A stretch of 64,000 bases of DNA from Eledone cirrhosa (lineage: Eukaryota). Position 1 is the first letter of the stretch. Every line of letters begins with the position of its first letter. Below, in pieces: positions 1 through 10,900 of the stretch. The notes beneath the pieces are model-generated. The model saw only the letters and a list, made by a program, of their open reading frames with translations. It was not told where the DNA came from and ran no database searches. The position numbers were made by a program, and so were the translations under genes. Location of the stretch: the NCBI GenBank assembly GCA_964016885.1, contig OZ024740.1, positions 243,226,001 to 243,290,000 on the forward strand, written 5' to 3'.

Positions 1-59
1 GAGCATTGACTTTGCAATCGAAAGGATGTGTTGTTTCCTTGACGTAAAAATTATGATGA

Positions 60-63
<4 letters not shown>
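1..63 (+). mobile_element. Internally deleted remnant of the tRNA/CORE SINE with an RTE-type (GAT)n tail
   Basis: gagcattgactttgcaatcgaaagg and atgtgttgtttcctt match the SINE at 38906-39247 and are joined directly to gacgtaaaa..(gat)n. Confidence 0.55.
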
Positions 64-99
<36 letters not shown>

Positions 100-168
100 A
101 TATATATATACTTACATATATATATATATACATACATATATATATATACATACATATATATATATACG

Positions 169-201
<33 letters not shown>

Positions 202-222
202 ATACATAGATATATATATATA
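62..222. repeat. (TA)n/(TACA)n microsatellite
   Basis: Visible directly in the sequence. Confidence 0.95.
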
Positions 223-476
223 CATGGTGGCTGCCAACTCGTTTTCGAGTATGGCCACTACTTTATATCCATGTAGGAGAATCCCTACCGATGCGCTGAA
301 TGAGTGTGACTTTTTAGTCCAGCCAGCGACTTGAAAACTCTGGTACAAACACTACACTTGTGACAATTATTGATACATAGTGCTGGACCCATGGCTTCAT
401 GTGACGACAAGTGCAGAGAGATCTCCAGATATAAAGCAATGCCTGTGCCGTGAAGCTTTTATAGTGAGCAAAGGCA
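223..476 (-). mobile_element. 3' part of a short non-autonomous RTE-derived element (same family as 4368-4975)
   Basis: Near-identical to 4368-4617. The minus strand encodes the zinc-knuckle remnant [19 protein letters not shown]. Confidence 0.7.
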
Positions 477-477
477 A

Positions 478-639
478 ATATGTTGATTTAAAACTGAACT
501 ATCCACAAGTGTTTTTTAACCTTCATATCATGTCTTCCTGTTTTATCTGATGAAAACACAAATATTATTGCATGATGATATTTGTTTTTGAAATGCGCAT
601 AATAAAATACATGGCACTCTTTTAACCATCTTTTGTTCT

Positions 640-649
<10 letters not shown>
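478..649 (+). mobile_element. Short hammerhead-bearing Penelope-like (pLTR-type) element
   Basis: Shares sequence with 5435-5656 and 58918-59146 and ends in (TA)n. Confidence 0.7.
541..607 (+). ncRNA. Type I hammerhead ribozyme, intact core
   Basis: Stem I ttttat/ataaaa; CTGATGA (547-553); stem II aaacacaaatat...atatttgttttt; GAAA (590-593); palindromic stem III ATGCGCAT. Cleavage is predicted after AUA at 601. Confidence 0.85.
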
Positions 650-692
<43 letters not shown>

Positions 693-756
693 CATATATA
701 TACATACATACATGCATATATATATATATATATATACATATACATACATGCAAACA

Positions 757-1393
757 TTGTCTCCTTCCTTCTACGGTTAGCTCTACTCTTTGTTGTTTTC
801 TTGTCTCACTCGCTTTACGCGTTTTAATTGTCCTAATAACTTAATTTAGTTATTATTGCACCGACGTGAGGTATATGATTTTTAATGCAATGAAATATCT
901 ATGATCGTCGGCAAATCACTGATGAGGGACTTATTTTATTACATGTTATCCATGTGCTACCAGCAGTATTTTTCTCCCCATTTTATTACATATATTTACC
1001 CAAACTGCGATTCTGTTTTTCTCTCTCTCTCTCTCTTACTGCTCCCCCATTCTCTCTGTTTCTCCTACTTTCATTCGCCCCCTCTGTCATGTCAGTTAAC
1101 TCTTCCTCACACTTCCACTCACTCACTCACTGTTTCTCCTCTCCTCACTTCACCCCGTTCGCGAAGAAAGCAATTTCTCTCTTTTCTCACATTGCATTCG
1201 TTCGTGAAAGGTCTTTTTTCTAAGCGCTCATATATTCACCTAGCTTATGCTAACAGAATAACTATGAAGCTTGTCTCCTTCCTTCTACGGTTAGCTCTGC
1301 TCTTTGTTGTTTTCTTGTCTCACTCGCTTTACGCGTTTTAATTGTCCTAATAACTTAATTTAGTTATTATTGCACCGACGTGAGGTATATGAT
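757..1393 (+). repeat. Element with 123-bp terminal direct repeats (757-879 and 1271-1393; period 514 bp), pLTR- or retrozyme-like
   Basis: Two near-identical copies of ttgtctccttccttctacgg...gtgaggtatatgat, flanked by (TA)n, with an internal CTGATGA at 919. Confidence 0.7.
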
Positions 1394-1489
1394 ATATATA
1401 TATATATACATACCTATATATATATATATATATACAGCAAGCAAACAGCAATACCTATATATATATATATATATACAGCAAGCAAACAG

Positions 1490-2440
1490 CAAGCAAACAG
1501 CCACAGGAAACAAGTACCACCAATCTCTGGGAGGGCCCTGTAGAAACAGTAGACAGCTTCTGCTACCTAGGTGACCGAATTAGCAACGGAGGTGGGTGCT
1601 CAGAAAGTACAATAACTAGGGTAAGAACGGGATGGAAGAAGTTTAGGGAACTACTACCACTGCTAGCTGCAAAAGGCTTCTCCCTCAGAATGAAAGGCAG
1701 ACTGTATGATGCGTGTATCCGAACAGCGATGTTGCATGGTAGTGAGACCTGGGCGCTGAAGGTGGAAGACTTACGTAGATTAGAGAGAAACGAAGCCTGC
1801 ATGCTCCGATGGATGTGTAACAGTAATATACGTGAACGACAAAGCATAAATGAATTGAGAGAGAGACTGAGCATAAGAGGAATCAAATGCTGCGTGCAGG
1901 AGAGGCGGTTACGCTGGTATGGACATGTGATGCGTATGAAGGATGACAGCTGCATAAAAAGGTGCAGAGCACTAGAAGTTGATGGAAACCGCGGAGTGGG
2001 GAGACCCAAGATGACTTGGGATGAGGTGATAAAAGCCGACCTTACCCAACTACACCTCTCAAAGTCAATGACACACGACCGTGACTTCTGGCGTCACGCA
2101 GTAATACAGGGTACCCGACCTCCCATGGGTACATGCTGAAGCATATAAACAATATGCCCCCCCCCCCACCGCAAGGTGGTCGTGGAGGTGCCACGGCAAA
2201 AAAGCACCCAGCCCACACTGTAAAGTGGACGTGTAGGCGCCACGAAAAAGCACCCAGCACTCACTGTAAATGAGGTTGGTGTTAGGAAGGGCATCCAGCT
2301 GTAGAAATCAAGCCAGATCAGTTCCTGTATGAGCAAGGCATGGTCAGCCGACCAGACACTGCCCACAACAGGACAACCCGTCTAACCCATGCTAGCGTGG
2401 AAGAACGGACGTAAAACGGTGATGATGATGATGATGATGA
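1490..2440 (+). mobile_element. 5'-truncated RTE-clade LINE (family B): RT C-terminus, 3'UTR and (GAT)n tail
   Basis: Motifs FCYLGD, MLHGSETW, RRLRWYGHVMR and GRPKMTW; tail gacgtaaaacggt(gat)n. Confidence 0.92.
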
Positions 2441-2589
2441 CATACATACCAGTGGCAAAGGGTAACCTGGAAAGCAGGGCATGCAGTCCAATCACCATGG
2501 TGGAAAGTGGGGCTGTGCAGCCTTACCCCCACCCCCACCCCAATTCCCTCTAAATGACCCTCCTGGTCAAAGCCGCATGTAGTGTTATC

Positions 2590-2768
2590 TAGTGTGCGTG
2601 TGTGTGTGTGTTATCTTTTTATGGGTCTACAGTTTAGCAAGCAGTCAAAATTCTGCTTGCTTCAACCAACGCTGTCGTGTGTTTGTGTGTATGTGTGTGT
2701 GTGTATTATCTTTTTATGTGTCTACGATTTAGTAAGCAGCCAAAATTCTGCTTGCTTCAACCGACGTA
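2590..2768. repeat. Tandem duplication of a ~90-bp unit
   Basis: gtgtgttatctttttatg..tctac..tttag.aagcag.caaaattctgcttgcttcaacc.acg occurs twice. Confidence 0.7.
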
Positions 2769-2834
2769 ATTGATCGACTCAAGATTCTATAACGCAGCAC
2801 TACATGGTTTGCATACACGCACCCTTCGCCCCTG

Positions 2835-2882
<48 letters not shown>

Positions 2883-2994
2883 GTTTGTATATGTATAATA
2901 AAGCCAAAACAATGCAGGTATGGACATAGAATAAAGAATGCAAATGCAAAAGATATTGTTGACAATTAGTCTTTTACCTTAGATTTATTTAAAT

Positions 2995-3035
2995 GTCTTT
3001 AATTTTCGAGATAATATCTCTTCTTCAGAGGGAAG
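2995..3035 (-). ncRNA. Minimal hammerhead-like motif in the Penelope 3' region (stem I poor)
   Basis: Minus strand CTGAAGA-a-GAGAT-att-ATCTC-GAAA-ATT-A, with palindromic AATT as stem III. Confidence 0.5.
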
Positions 3036-3342
3036 TAAAGCGGTTACACCAGTGTTCTAAATAGCCTCCCAAGTCATGCTGACAGGAAATGGTATAGAGT
3101 ATCTGTTCTATCTCTAATGTCAAAGTGTTAAGGTTAGGTGGATAAAGAGTAGTCTCCCTTTAAAAGGTTTTTTTTTGTACATGCCTGTTTAAGTGTGTGG
3201 GAGAATGTGTGAGGTGTGTGTGTGTGTGTGTGAGTGTGAGAAGATATGTCCATACGTAAATGTGGGGGATAGATGTTATCTCGTGTTAGAACTGGTCTTT
3301 GTGTGTGTATGTGTGTGTGTGAGAGAGAATAAGTGGAGGTGT

Positions 3343-3344
<2 letters not shown>

Positions 3345-3396
<52 letters not shown>

Positions 3397-3411
3397 GTGT
3401 GTGCGTGTGTG

Positions 3412-3494
<83 letters not shown>

Positions 3495-3498
3495 GTGT
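3345..3498. repeat. (GT)n microsatellite inside the Penelope 3'UTR
   Basis: Visible directly in the sequence. Confidence 0.95.
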
Positions 3499-4367
3499 GG
3501 GAGGGGTGTGTAAATATGGGGCTAGATGCTCTATCAAGTTATAAATTGGGTGTTGAGTTCTAGTCTATTATTGATTGGTGGTTGTGTTTTGTCTATAATT
3601 AGTGCTTCCTTAATTCTAAGATTGCCGAGGTTTCTTTCCTTAGTTTCTATCCTAACTGTTATGGTTTTGTCGGTATTTTTGCAGTTAACTAGGTGTTTCT
3701 TAAATGAGGAAGCATTAGTATTGAGGTGTTCTTTTATTCTTATGTGGAGTGGTCTGGTGGTGCATATGTCGCACTCTAGTCTGTATACGACGTAAGCCTG
3801 GTGGCATAGGTCTGTGTCGTTGATGGGGCAGTTGGCTAATCTGCAGCAGTTGTCATGTCTGGTGGAGTGTCTTTTGGTTAGCTGTCCGCGTAGAGAAGGA
3901 CCTGAGTGGGCCAGTTGGATATCTAGTCCCTCTCGTCTGATAGGTCTGCGGATGGCTGTTGTTGTTTCGTCACTGAAGTGTGGGAGTTTCAGGAAGCAGG
4001 TGTTAGTGCCTCGGGTGTGGTGTCCTCTGTTCTTTCTGGCACGGTTCGTAGTGGATGTCGGGTATCCGTTCAGTTTGAGTACTTCCAGGAAATGTGTGGT
4101 GTGTGTGTCTCGGTCTCTAGTGTCGGTGCATTTGTTCCGGATACGTGTTAGTTCGTTCCTTATGTATCCGAAACTTAGCGCCGGCTGGGAGGGCTGATCT
4201 GAAATGTACGAACAGGTCCCTGCTGGCGGCTTTTTTATAGAAGCAGGTGTGGATGTTGCCTTCCTTGGTTACCCTGAGTTGGAAGTCCAGTAGGGATAGG
4301 GATCCGCGGTCATCGGGGTGTGTATACCTACATACATATATAGATATATATACATATATATATATAT

Positions 4368-4975
4368 ATGGTGGCTGCCAACTCGTTTTCGAGTACGGCC
4401 ACTACTTTATATCCATGTAGGAGAACCCCTACCGATGCGCTGAACGAGTGACTTTTTAGTCCAGCCAGCGACTCGAAAACTCTGGTACAAACACTACACT
4501 TGTGACAATTATTGACACATAGTGTTGGGCCCATAGTACCATGTGACGACAAGTGCAGAGAGATCTCCAGATATAAAGCAATGCCTGTGCCGTGAAGCTT
4601 TTATAGTGAGCAAAGGCACTGCACAAAGCCAGTCCCACTCTCTTAACCAAGATGATATTTACCAAAAAGAAGAACACGTCAACATCATTGGATACCATCA
4701 GGGTTGCAGGTGTTATATCAGAGTTTTCCTTCTCCTAGAATTCTGCCTTGACAAAGGCTAAGGGGTCATTTCTTCCGGTGATTTTGGATGGCCATTGACA
4801 CTTAAGAGCTCCTTTGACCTTTGACAGGTTTTGTTTTTAGTCCTGCAGGATGTCCAAAGTCACCCTCCTCACCAAGAAACCTTGGTGGGGTTGCCAGTTT
4901 AGTCACCAACGACCCGACCATGGGACAGGTTGTACTGGGACACATGTTACCAGTAGCACCAACTGGTGACCTGAC
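4368..4975 (-). mobile_element. ~600-bp non-autonomous bipartite RTE derivative (RTE 5'UTR-like head fused to an RTE 3' end)
   Basis: The minus strand has aaggaaaactctgatataacacctgc (an RTE 5'UTR-type motif), then a CxxC..H remnant. It sits in (TA)n. Relatives are at 223, 12350 and 20613. Confidence 0.65.
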
Positions 4976-4983
4976 ATACATAT

Positions 4984-5014
<31 letters not shown>

Positions 5015-5089
5015 CATACATACATATATATATACATACAAATATATACATACATATATATACATACATACATACATACATATATATAT

Positions 5090-5122
<33 letters not shown>

Positions 5123-5156
5123 TATATACATACATATATATATACATACGTATATA

Positions 5157-5188
<32 letters not shown>

Positions 5189-5219
5189 CATATATATATA
5201 CATATATATATATACATAC

Positions 5220-5250
<31 letters not shown>

Positions 5251-5433
5251 CATACATATATATATACATATATATATATACATACATATATATATACATA
5301 TATATATATATATACATACATATATACATACATATATATATACATATATACATATATATATACATACATACATACATACATACATACATACATACATACG
5401 TACATACACACATATATATATATATACATATAT
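4976..5433. repeat. Long compound (TA)n/(TACA)n microsatellite
   Basis: Visible directly; source of the YI/MY-repeat ORFs. Confidence 0.95.
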
Positions 5434-5434
5434 A

Positions 5435-5656
5435 ATGTAGGAGGTGAGTTTTATTGTAGTACAATAAAGCAATGCAGATATCGGATAAGAAGCACTCTAC
5501 AGTTTGTAGGACTGGAGTATACATAATATATAAGAACTAAAGATGGTTAAAAGAATTCCATGTATTTTATTATGCGCATTTCAAAAACATTTTGAAATGC
5601 GCATAATAAAATACATGGAACTCTTTTAACCATCTTTTGTTCTTATATATTATATA
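5435..5656. mobile_element. Fold-back copy of the hammerhead element; 5520-5656 is a near-perfect palindrome
   Basis: ataatatataagaac...tatgcgcatttcaaaa / ttttgaaatgcgcata...gttcttatatattat. 5435-5520 matches 58918-59005. Confidence 0.8.
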
Positions 5657-5734
5657 CATATATATATATATATATATACATACATATATACATACATATA
5701 TATACATACATGCGTATATATATATATATACATA

Positions 5735-7516
5735 TGAAGGTGTCATACCAAAAGATTGGTGCAGTAGCATCATTGTCAACTGCTACAAGAGTAAAGGTGA
5801 TGCACTAGATAGAGGAAACTATAGAGGTATAAAGCTGATGGACCAGGTCATGAAAGTAACAGAAACAGTTATAGCACAGTTGATTAGGGACCGGGTGAAA
5901 CTAGATGTGATGCAATTTGGGTTTGTACCAGGAAGAGGCACCACTGATGCCCTCTTCCTTGTGAGGCAGTTACAGAAAAAGTACCTAGCTAAAAGTAAGC
6001 CACTCTACCTGGCATTCGTCGATCTCGAGAAAGCCTTTGACAGAGTTCCACGTGCTATAATCTGGTGGGCTCTTAGAAAACTAGGAGTAGATGAATGGCT
6101 TGTGAAAGCTGTACAAGCCATGTATAGGGGAGCAGTCAGCAAAGTTAGGGTTAGCAATGAGTATAGCAAGGAATTTAGCGTACAGGTTGGTATCCACCAG
6201 GGCTCTGTTGTTAGCCCTCTCCTGTTCATCATAGTCCTGCAGGCAATAACGTAGGAGTTTAAGACCGGATGCCCATGGGAACTCCTGTATGCAGATGACC
6301 TCGCACTTATAGCTGAATCTATGGTAGAGCTAGAGAAGAAATTCTAAACTTGGAAGCAGAGACTAGAAAGAAAGGGTCTCAAAGTCAACATGACAAAGAC
6401 TAAGGTCCTTGTAAGTAGACGAGAAAACAGAACCCAGATCCCCTCAGGGAAATGGCCTTGCTCAGTATGTAGCAAAGGTGTAGGTAGGAACTCCATTCTC
6501 TGCCTCTAATGCAAACAATGGGAACACAAGAGATGTAGCGGGATCTCAGGAAGCTTAATTAAGAATGTAGGCTTCACATGTAGCAAGCAGCAAACAGCCA
6601 CAGGAAACAAGTACCACCAATCTCTAGGAGGGCTCTGTAGAAACAGTAGACAGCTTCTGCTACCTAGGTGACCAAATTAGCAGCGGAGGTGGGTGTTCAG
6701 AAAGTACAATAACTAGGGTAAGAACGGGATGGACGAAGTTCAGGGAACTACTGCCACTGCTAGCTGCAAAAGGCATCTCCCTCAAAATGAAAGGCAGACT
6801 GCATGATGCGTGTATCCGAACAGCAATGTTACTTTGTAGTGAGACCTGGGCGCTGAAGGTGGAAGACTTACGTAGATTAGAAAGAAACGAAGGCTGCATG
6901 CTCCGATGGATTGTAATAGTAATATACGCGAACGGCAAAGCATAAATGAATTGAGAGAGAAACTGAGCATCAGAGGAATTAAATGCTGTGTGCAGGAGAG
7001 GCGGATGCGTTGGTATGGACATGTGATGCGTATGAAGGATGACAGCTGCGTAAAAAGGTGCAGAGCACTAAAAGTCAATAGAAGCCGCGGAGTGGGAAAA
7101 CCCAAGAAGACCTGGGATGAGGTGATAGGGGCCGACCTTACCCAGTTGCACCTCTCAAAGGCGATGACACATGACCGTGACCTCTGGAGTACCCGACCTC
7201 CCATGGGTACAAGCTGAAGCATATAGACAATATGCCCCCACACCCTCCCATTGCAAAGTGGTCGTGGAGGTGCCACAGCAAAAAGCACCCAGCCCACACT
7301 GTAAAGTGGACGTGTAGGCGCCATGGAAAAAAGCACCCAGCACTCACTGTAAATGAGGTTGGTGTTAGGAAGGTCATCCAGCTGTAGAAATCAAGCCAAA
7401 ATCAGTTCCTGTATGAGCAAGGCATGGTCAGCCGACCAAACACTGCCCACAACAGGACAACCCGTCTAACCCATGCTAGCATGGAAGAATAGACATAAAA
7501 CGGTGATGATGATGAT
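5735..7516 (+). mobile_element. 5'-truncated RTE LINE (family B), RT domain with stops
   Basis: Motifs NYRGIKL, QFGF, FVDLEKAFDRV, HQGSVVSPLLF and LLYADDL; (GAT)n tail. Confidence 0.93.
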
Positions 7517-7540
7517 ATATATATATACATACACATATAT

Positions 7541-7870
7541 ATCAACTCTGGATGTCGGTGAGCATGTCCAGCCAACCTCAGTCTCCTCTGTGTCACTTTT
7601 GAGCTGACTTTTGGGATGCTCCCATACAGCTCTGAGTTTTTCATCCTCAGTGTATACTGATTAATGTTCAGAGCCATCCTCAGCATTCTCAGTGTCCAAT
7701 TCTCAGACCCATACATGGACACACTAGAAGAGGAAGACCAAGGTTAACGTATGTTGATGCCCTAAGGACAGACACTGGTCTGTTGGAGATGCAGGACATG
7801 GCAGCGATAATCAGGGACAGAGACCGCTGGAGAGAACTCGTCCATGGATCTCGGGAATTTAACCCGCCTT
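7541..7870. mobile_element. RTE-type LINE 3' fragment with an inverted 5' half
   Basis: 7541-7720 minus reads YGSENWTL..RMLR..RRLRLAGHAHRHPE. 7721-7870 plus reads RRGRPRLTYVDALR...DRDRWR, then (TAGA)n. Confidence 0.75.
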
Positions 7871-7989
7871 AGATAGATAGATACACATATATATATATAC
7901 ATACACATATATATATATATACATACATATATATATATGATTTTCAATTAATATTTTCATGTTTTTAAATGATTTGTCTCATTCTGTTG

Positions 7990-10900
7990 GACCCTTCCTA
8001 AATCAAATCCTTCTCCTAAAGTTACCCATTTCCCGCCCTCCCCCCCCCCCACACACCACCATTGCTAATGGTCCAATCATAACACAGCAGCTTTAGTAAG
8101 TTCCCTAATAAATCAGTATAGCAAAGCTACCGCCCCGGTTACTACTCCTTAAGTTTAGACCTGTTTGATGGGTTGACTGCGGAGATTTGGAAAGTCTAAG
8201 CGTTCAATGACGATGTCACAGATAAAGATAAATTCACCTCCTGCTGCAGGACGAGAATACAAAGACCCCTCTCTATTTCAGACATGAATGACCAACATAA
8301 TTCCGTCTCCCACACCCCTCCCTGACCCCAAACCCATCCATCCCACCCTCCCAACTTCAGAGTTGGTACCATGAACGCAGGCACATTAAAAAGGTCGCAC
8401 AAATGAGATTATAGAGATGCTTGAAAGTAAAGAAGTTGATGTTTGTTGTATTCAAGAGACTAGGTGGAGAGGGGGGGGGGGGGGTCTGCCAGATTCATCA
8501 TGGGTGAAAAACGATGCTATAAACTTTTCTGGGTGGGAAATAACAACGGACTGGGTGGAGTATGAATTATGTTAGTTGAAAAATGGGTAGATAAAGTAAT
8601 CGACGTAAATAGAGTAAATGACAGAATAATTAAAATAAGGCTAGTTCTAAATAAAACTACTGTGACAATAATATCCGCTTATGCACCCCAATCTGGTCTA
8701 CCTGATGTTATAAAGGACAGGTTCTATGAGAAGCTAATGCACACTACCTCCCAAATAACCGACAGCGACTACTTAATTATTGCTGCCGATCTAAACGGCC
8801 ACGTTGGACAACATAGTGATGGCTATGATGGAATCCATGGAGGCTATGGGGTTGGAAACAGAAATGAGGAAGGCTTCAGAATCCTGGAATTCTGTGACAC
8901 CAATAACCTAACTATCTGTAACACAAACTTCAAAAAACGTGAAAACCACTTCATCACCTATAGATCAGGGGAACACGCCAGCCAAATAGATTATATCCTT
9001 ATTAGAAGACGGGACAAAGTGTCTGTTGTAAACACTAAATCCCTCCCCCATGAAGAATGCACCTCCCAGCATAGCCTAGGAGTTAGTGACCTCATAGTCA
9101 GGAATAGACGTACTCGACGACAGAGGAGGCCTACCTTGAGGAGAAGAATATGGAAGTTGAAGGACCCCATAGCCAGTGACAAATTTAAAAGCTTATTACT
9201 TGATGCCTTTGACAAAAAGAAAGAGCAATTAGAGACGTGCGATATAGAGGAAGAGTGGCAATTCTTGAAAGTGTACCTGCTGAAAGCAACGGATGAAATC
9301 TGTGGCTGGATTTGCAGACCTATTTGCAGGAGGAGAGTAACTTGGTGGTGGAACAGTAAGGTAGAAGAGACAATCAAGGCCAAAAAGCAGGCTTGGAAAG
9401 TATGGCAGGATGGGGGAAGTAGAGAGCACTATCAAGTGGCCAGGAGAAAAGCTAGGAGACAAGTGTACCTTGCAAAAAGGGAAGCAGAGGAAAGAAAGTT
9501 CAAGCATGTTCTACAATGTGAGGACCAAAATCGCGAGGTGTTCAGGATTGCTAGACAATGTGTCAAGGAAAATCGTGATATTGTCGGGGAGAAGTGTGTC
9601 CATAATGATAACGGTGTACTTGCCCTCACTGATGCTGATAAGAAGATAGCTGGAAGTGTCACTACGAGAGACTATTAAATGAGGAGAATAAGTGGGAAAA
9701 AGATAGTCTGCCCCAAATCGATCCAATAGAGGGACCAGCAGTGCAAGTTAAAGGTAGTATAATAAGTAAGGCAATCAAAGATATGAAGACAGGCAAGGCA
9801 GCTGGGCCTTCCGAGATAGTTGCTGAGATGTTGAAAGCATCTGGAATCGTGGGACATACTATGGTCACCTGTATAGTTAACCAAGTAATACAGAATGGGG
9901 TCATACCAAAAGACTGACGTAGCAGCATCATCATTAACTGCTACAAGGGTAAAGGAGATGCTCTAGATAGGGGAAACTATAGAGGCATTAAGTTAGTTGA
10001 CCAGGTCATGAAGGTCACAGAAAGAGTTATAGCGCAACTAATCAGAGAGCGAATTGATCTAGATGAAATGCAGTTTGGGTTTGTGTCAGGTAAAAGTACC
10101 ACAGATGCTCTTTTCCTTGTACGACAACTACAAGAGAAGTACCTAGCTAAAAGTAAACCCTCTACTTAGCTTTTGTAGACCTGGAAAAAGCCTTTGACAG
10201 AGTCCCCCACTCCATTATCTGGTGGGCTCTTAGAAAACTAGGTGTAGATGAATGGCTTGTGAGAGCTATACAAGCTATGTATAATGAAACAGTCAGTAAG
10301 GTTAGAATTAACAATGAATATTGTGAAGAATTTAGTGTAAAAGTTGGTGTTCACCAAGGCTCTGTCCTTAGCCCCCTCCTATTTATTATTGCCCTTCAGG
10401 CTATAACAGAGGAGTTCAAGACCGGCTGCTCATGGGAACTCCTATACGCAGATGATCTAACGCTCATAGCTGAATCAATGGCTGAACTAGAAAAGAAATT
10501 CCAAACATGGAAGCATGGCCTAGAATCAAAAGGCCTTAAAGTTAACTTGTCTAAGACTAAAGTCCTAGTTTGTAGAAAGGAAAATAAGGCACAGGTACCC
10601 TCAGGGAAATAGCTATGCAAAGTATGGGTACATAAAAGATGTAGTGGGATCACAGGTAAACTATCTAAGAATGTAGACTTTATATGTGGCCGATGCTCTG
10701 GTGCAATAGGTAGCAAGTGTCCACAGGATACTAGCCCCTTCTATTGCCCAGATGGTTCTATAGAAATAGTAGACACTTTCCGTTACCTGGGTGACGAAAT
10801 CAGCAGTGGAGGAGTACAGTAGCCAGAGTCAGAACGGGATGGAAAAAGTTCAGAGAGCTTATACCGCTGTTGGCCATAAAAGGTTTCTCTCTAAAAATGA

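Larger units (their letters stand above)
2880..4327 (-). mobile_element. 5'-truncated Penelope-like retroelement (RT C-terminus, GIY-YIG endonuclease and 3' pLTR region), degenerate
   Basis: Minus-strand translation CPINDTDLCHQAYVVYRLECDIC-TTRPLHIRIKEH...LRIKEALII...PPINNR, stop near 3536. Upstream LLDFQL...TCFYKK..S.DLFVHFRSA.P; a hammerhead-like core lies downstream. Confidence 0.85.

Noticed and set aside
4802-5524. Long YI/MY/CV/HT-repeat ORFs (also at 26, 3193-3563, 25494-25753 and 28999-29530)
   Set aside because: They are translations of microsatellites, not genes.
8569-9678. 369-aa ORF as a host gene (often auto-annotated as craniofacial development protein 2-like)
   Set aside because: It is the AP endonuclease region of the RTE LINE.
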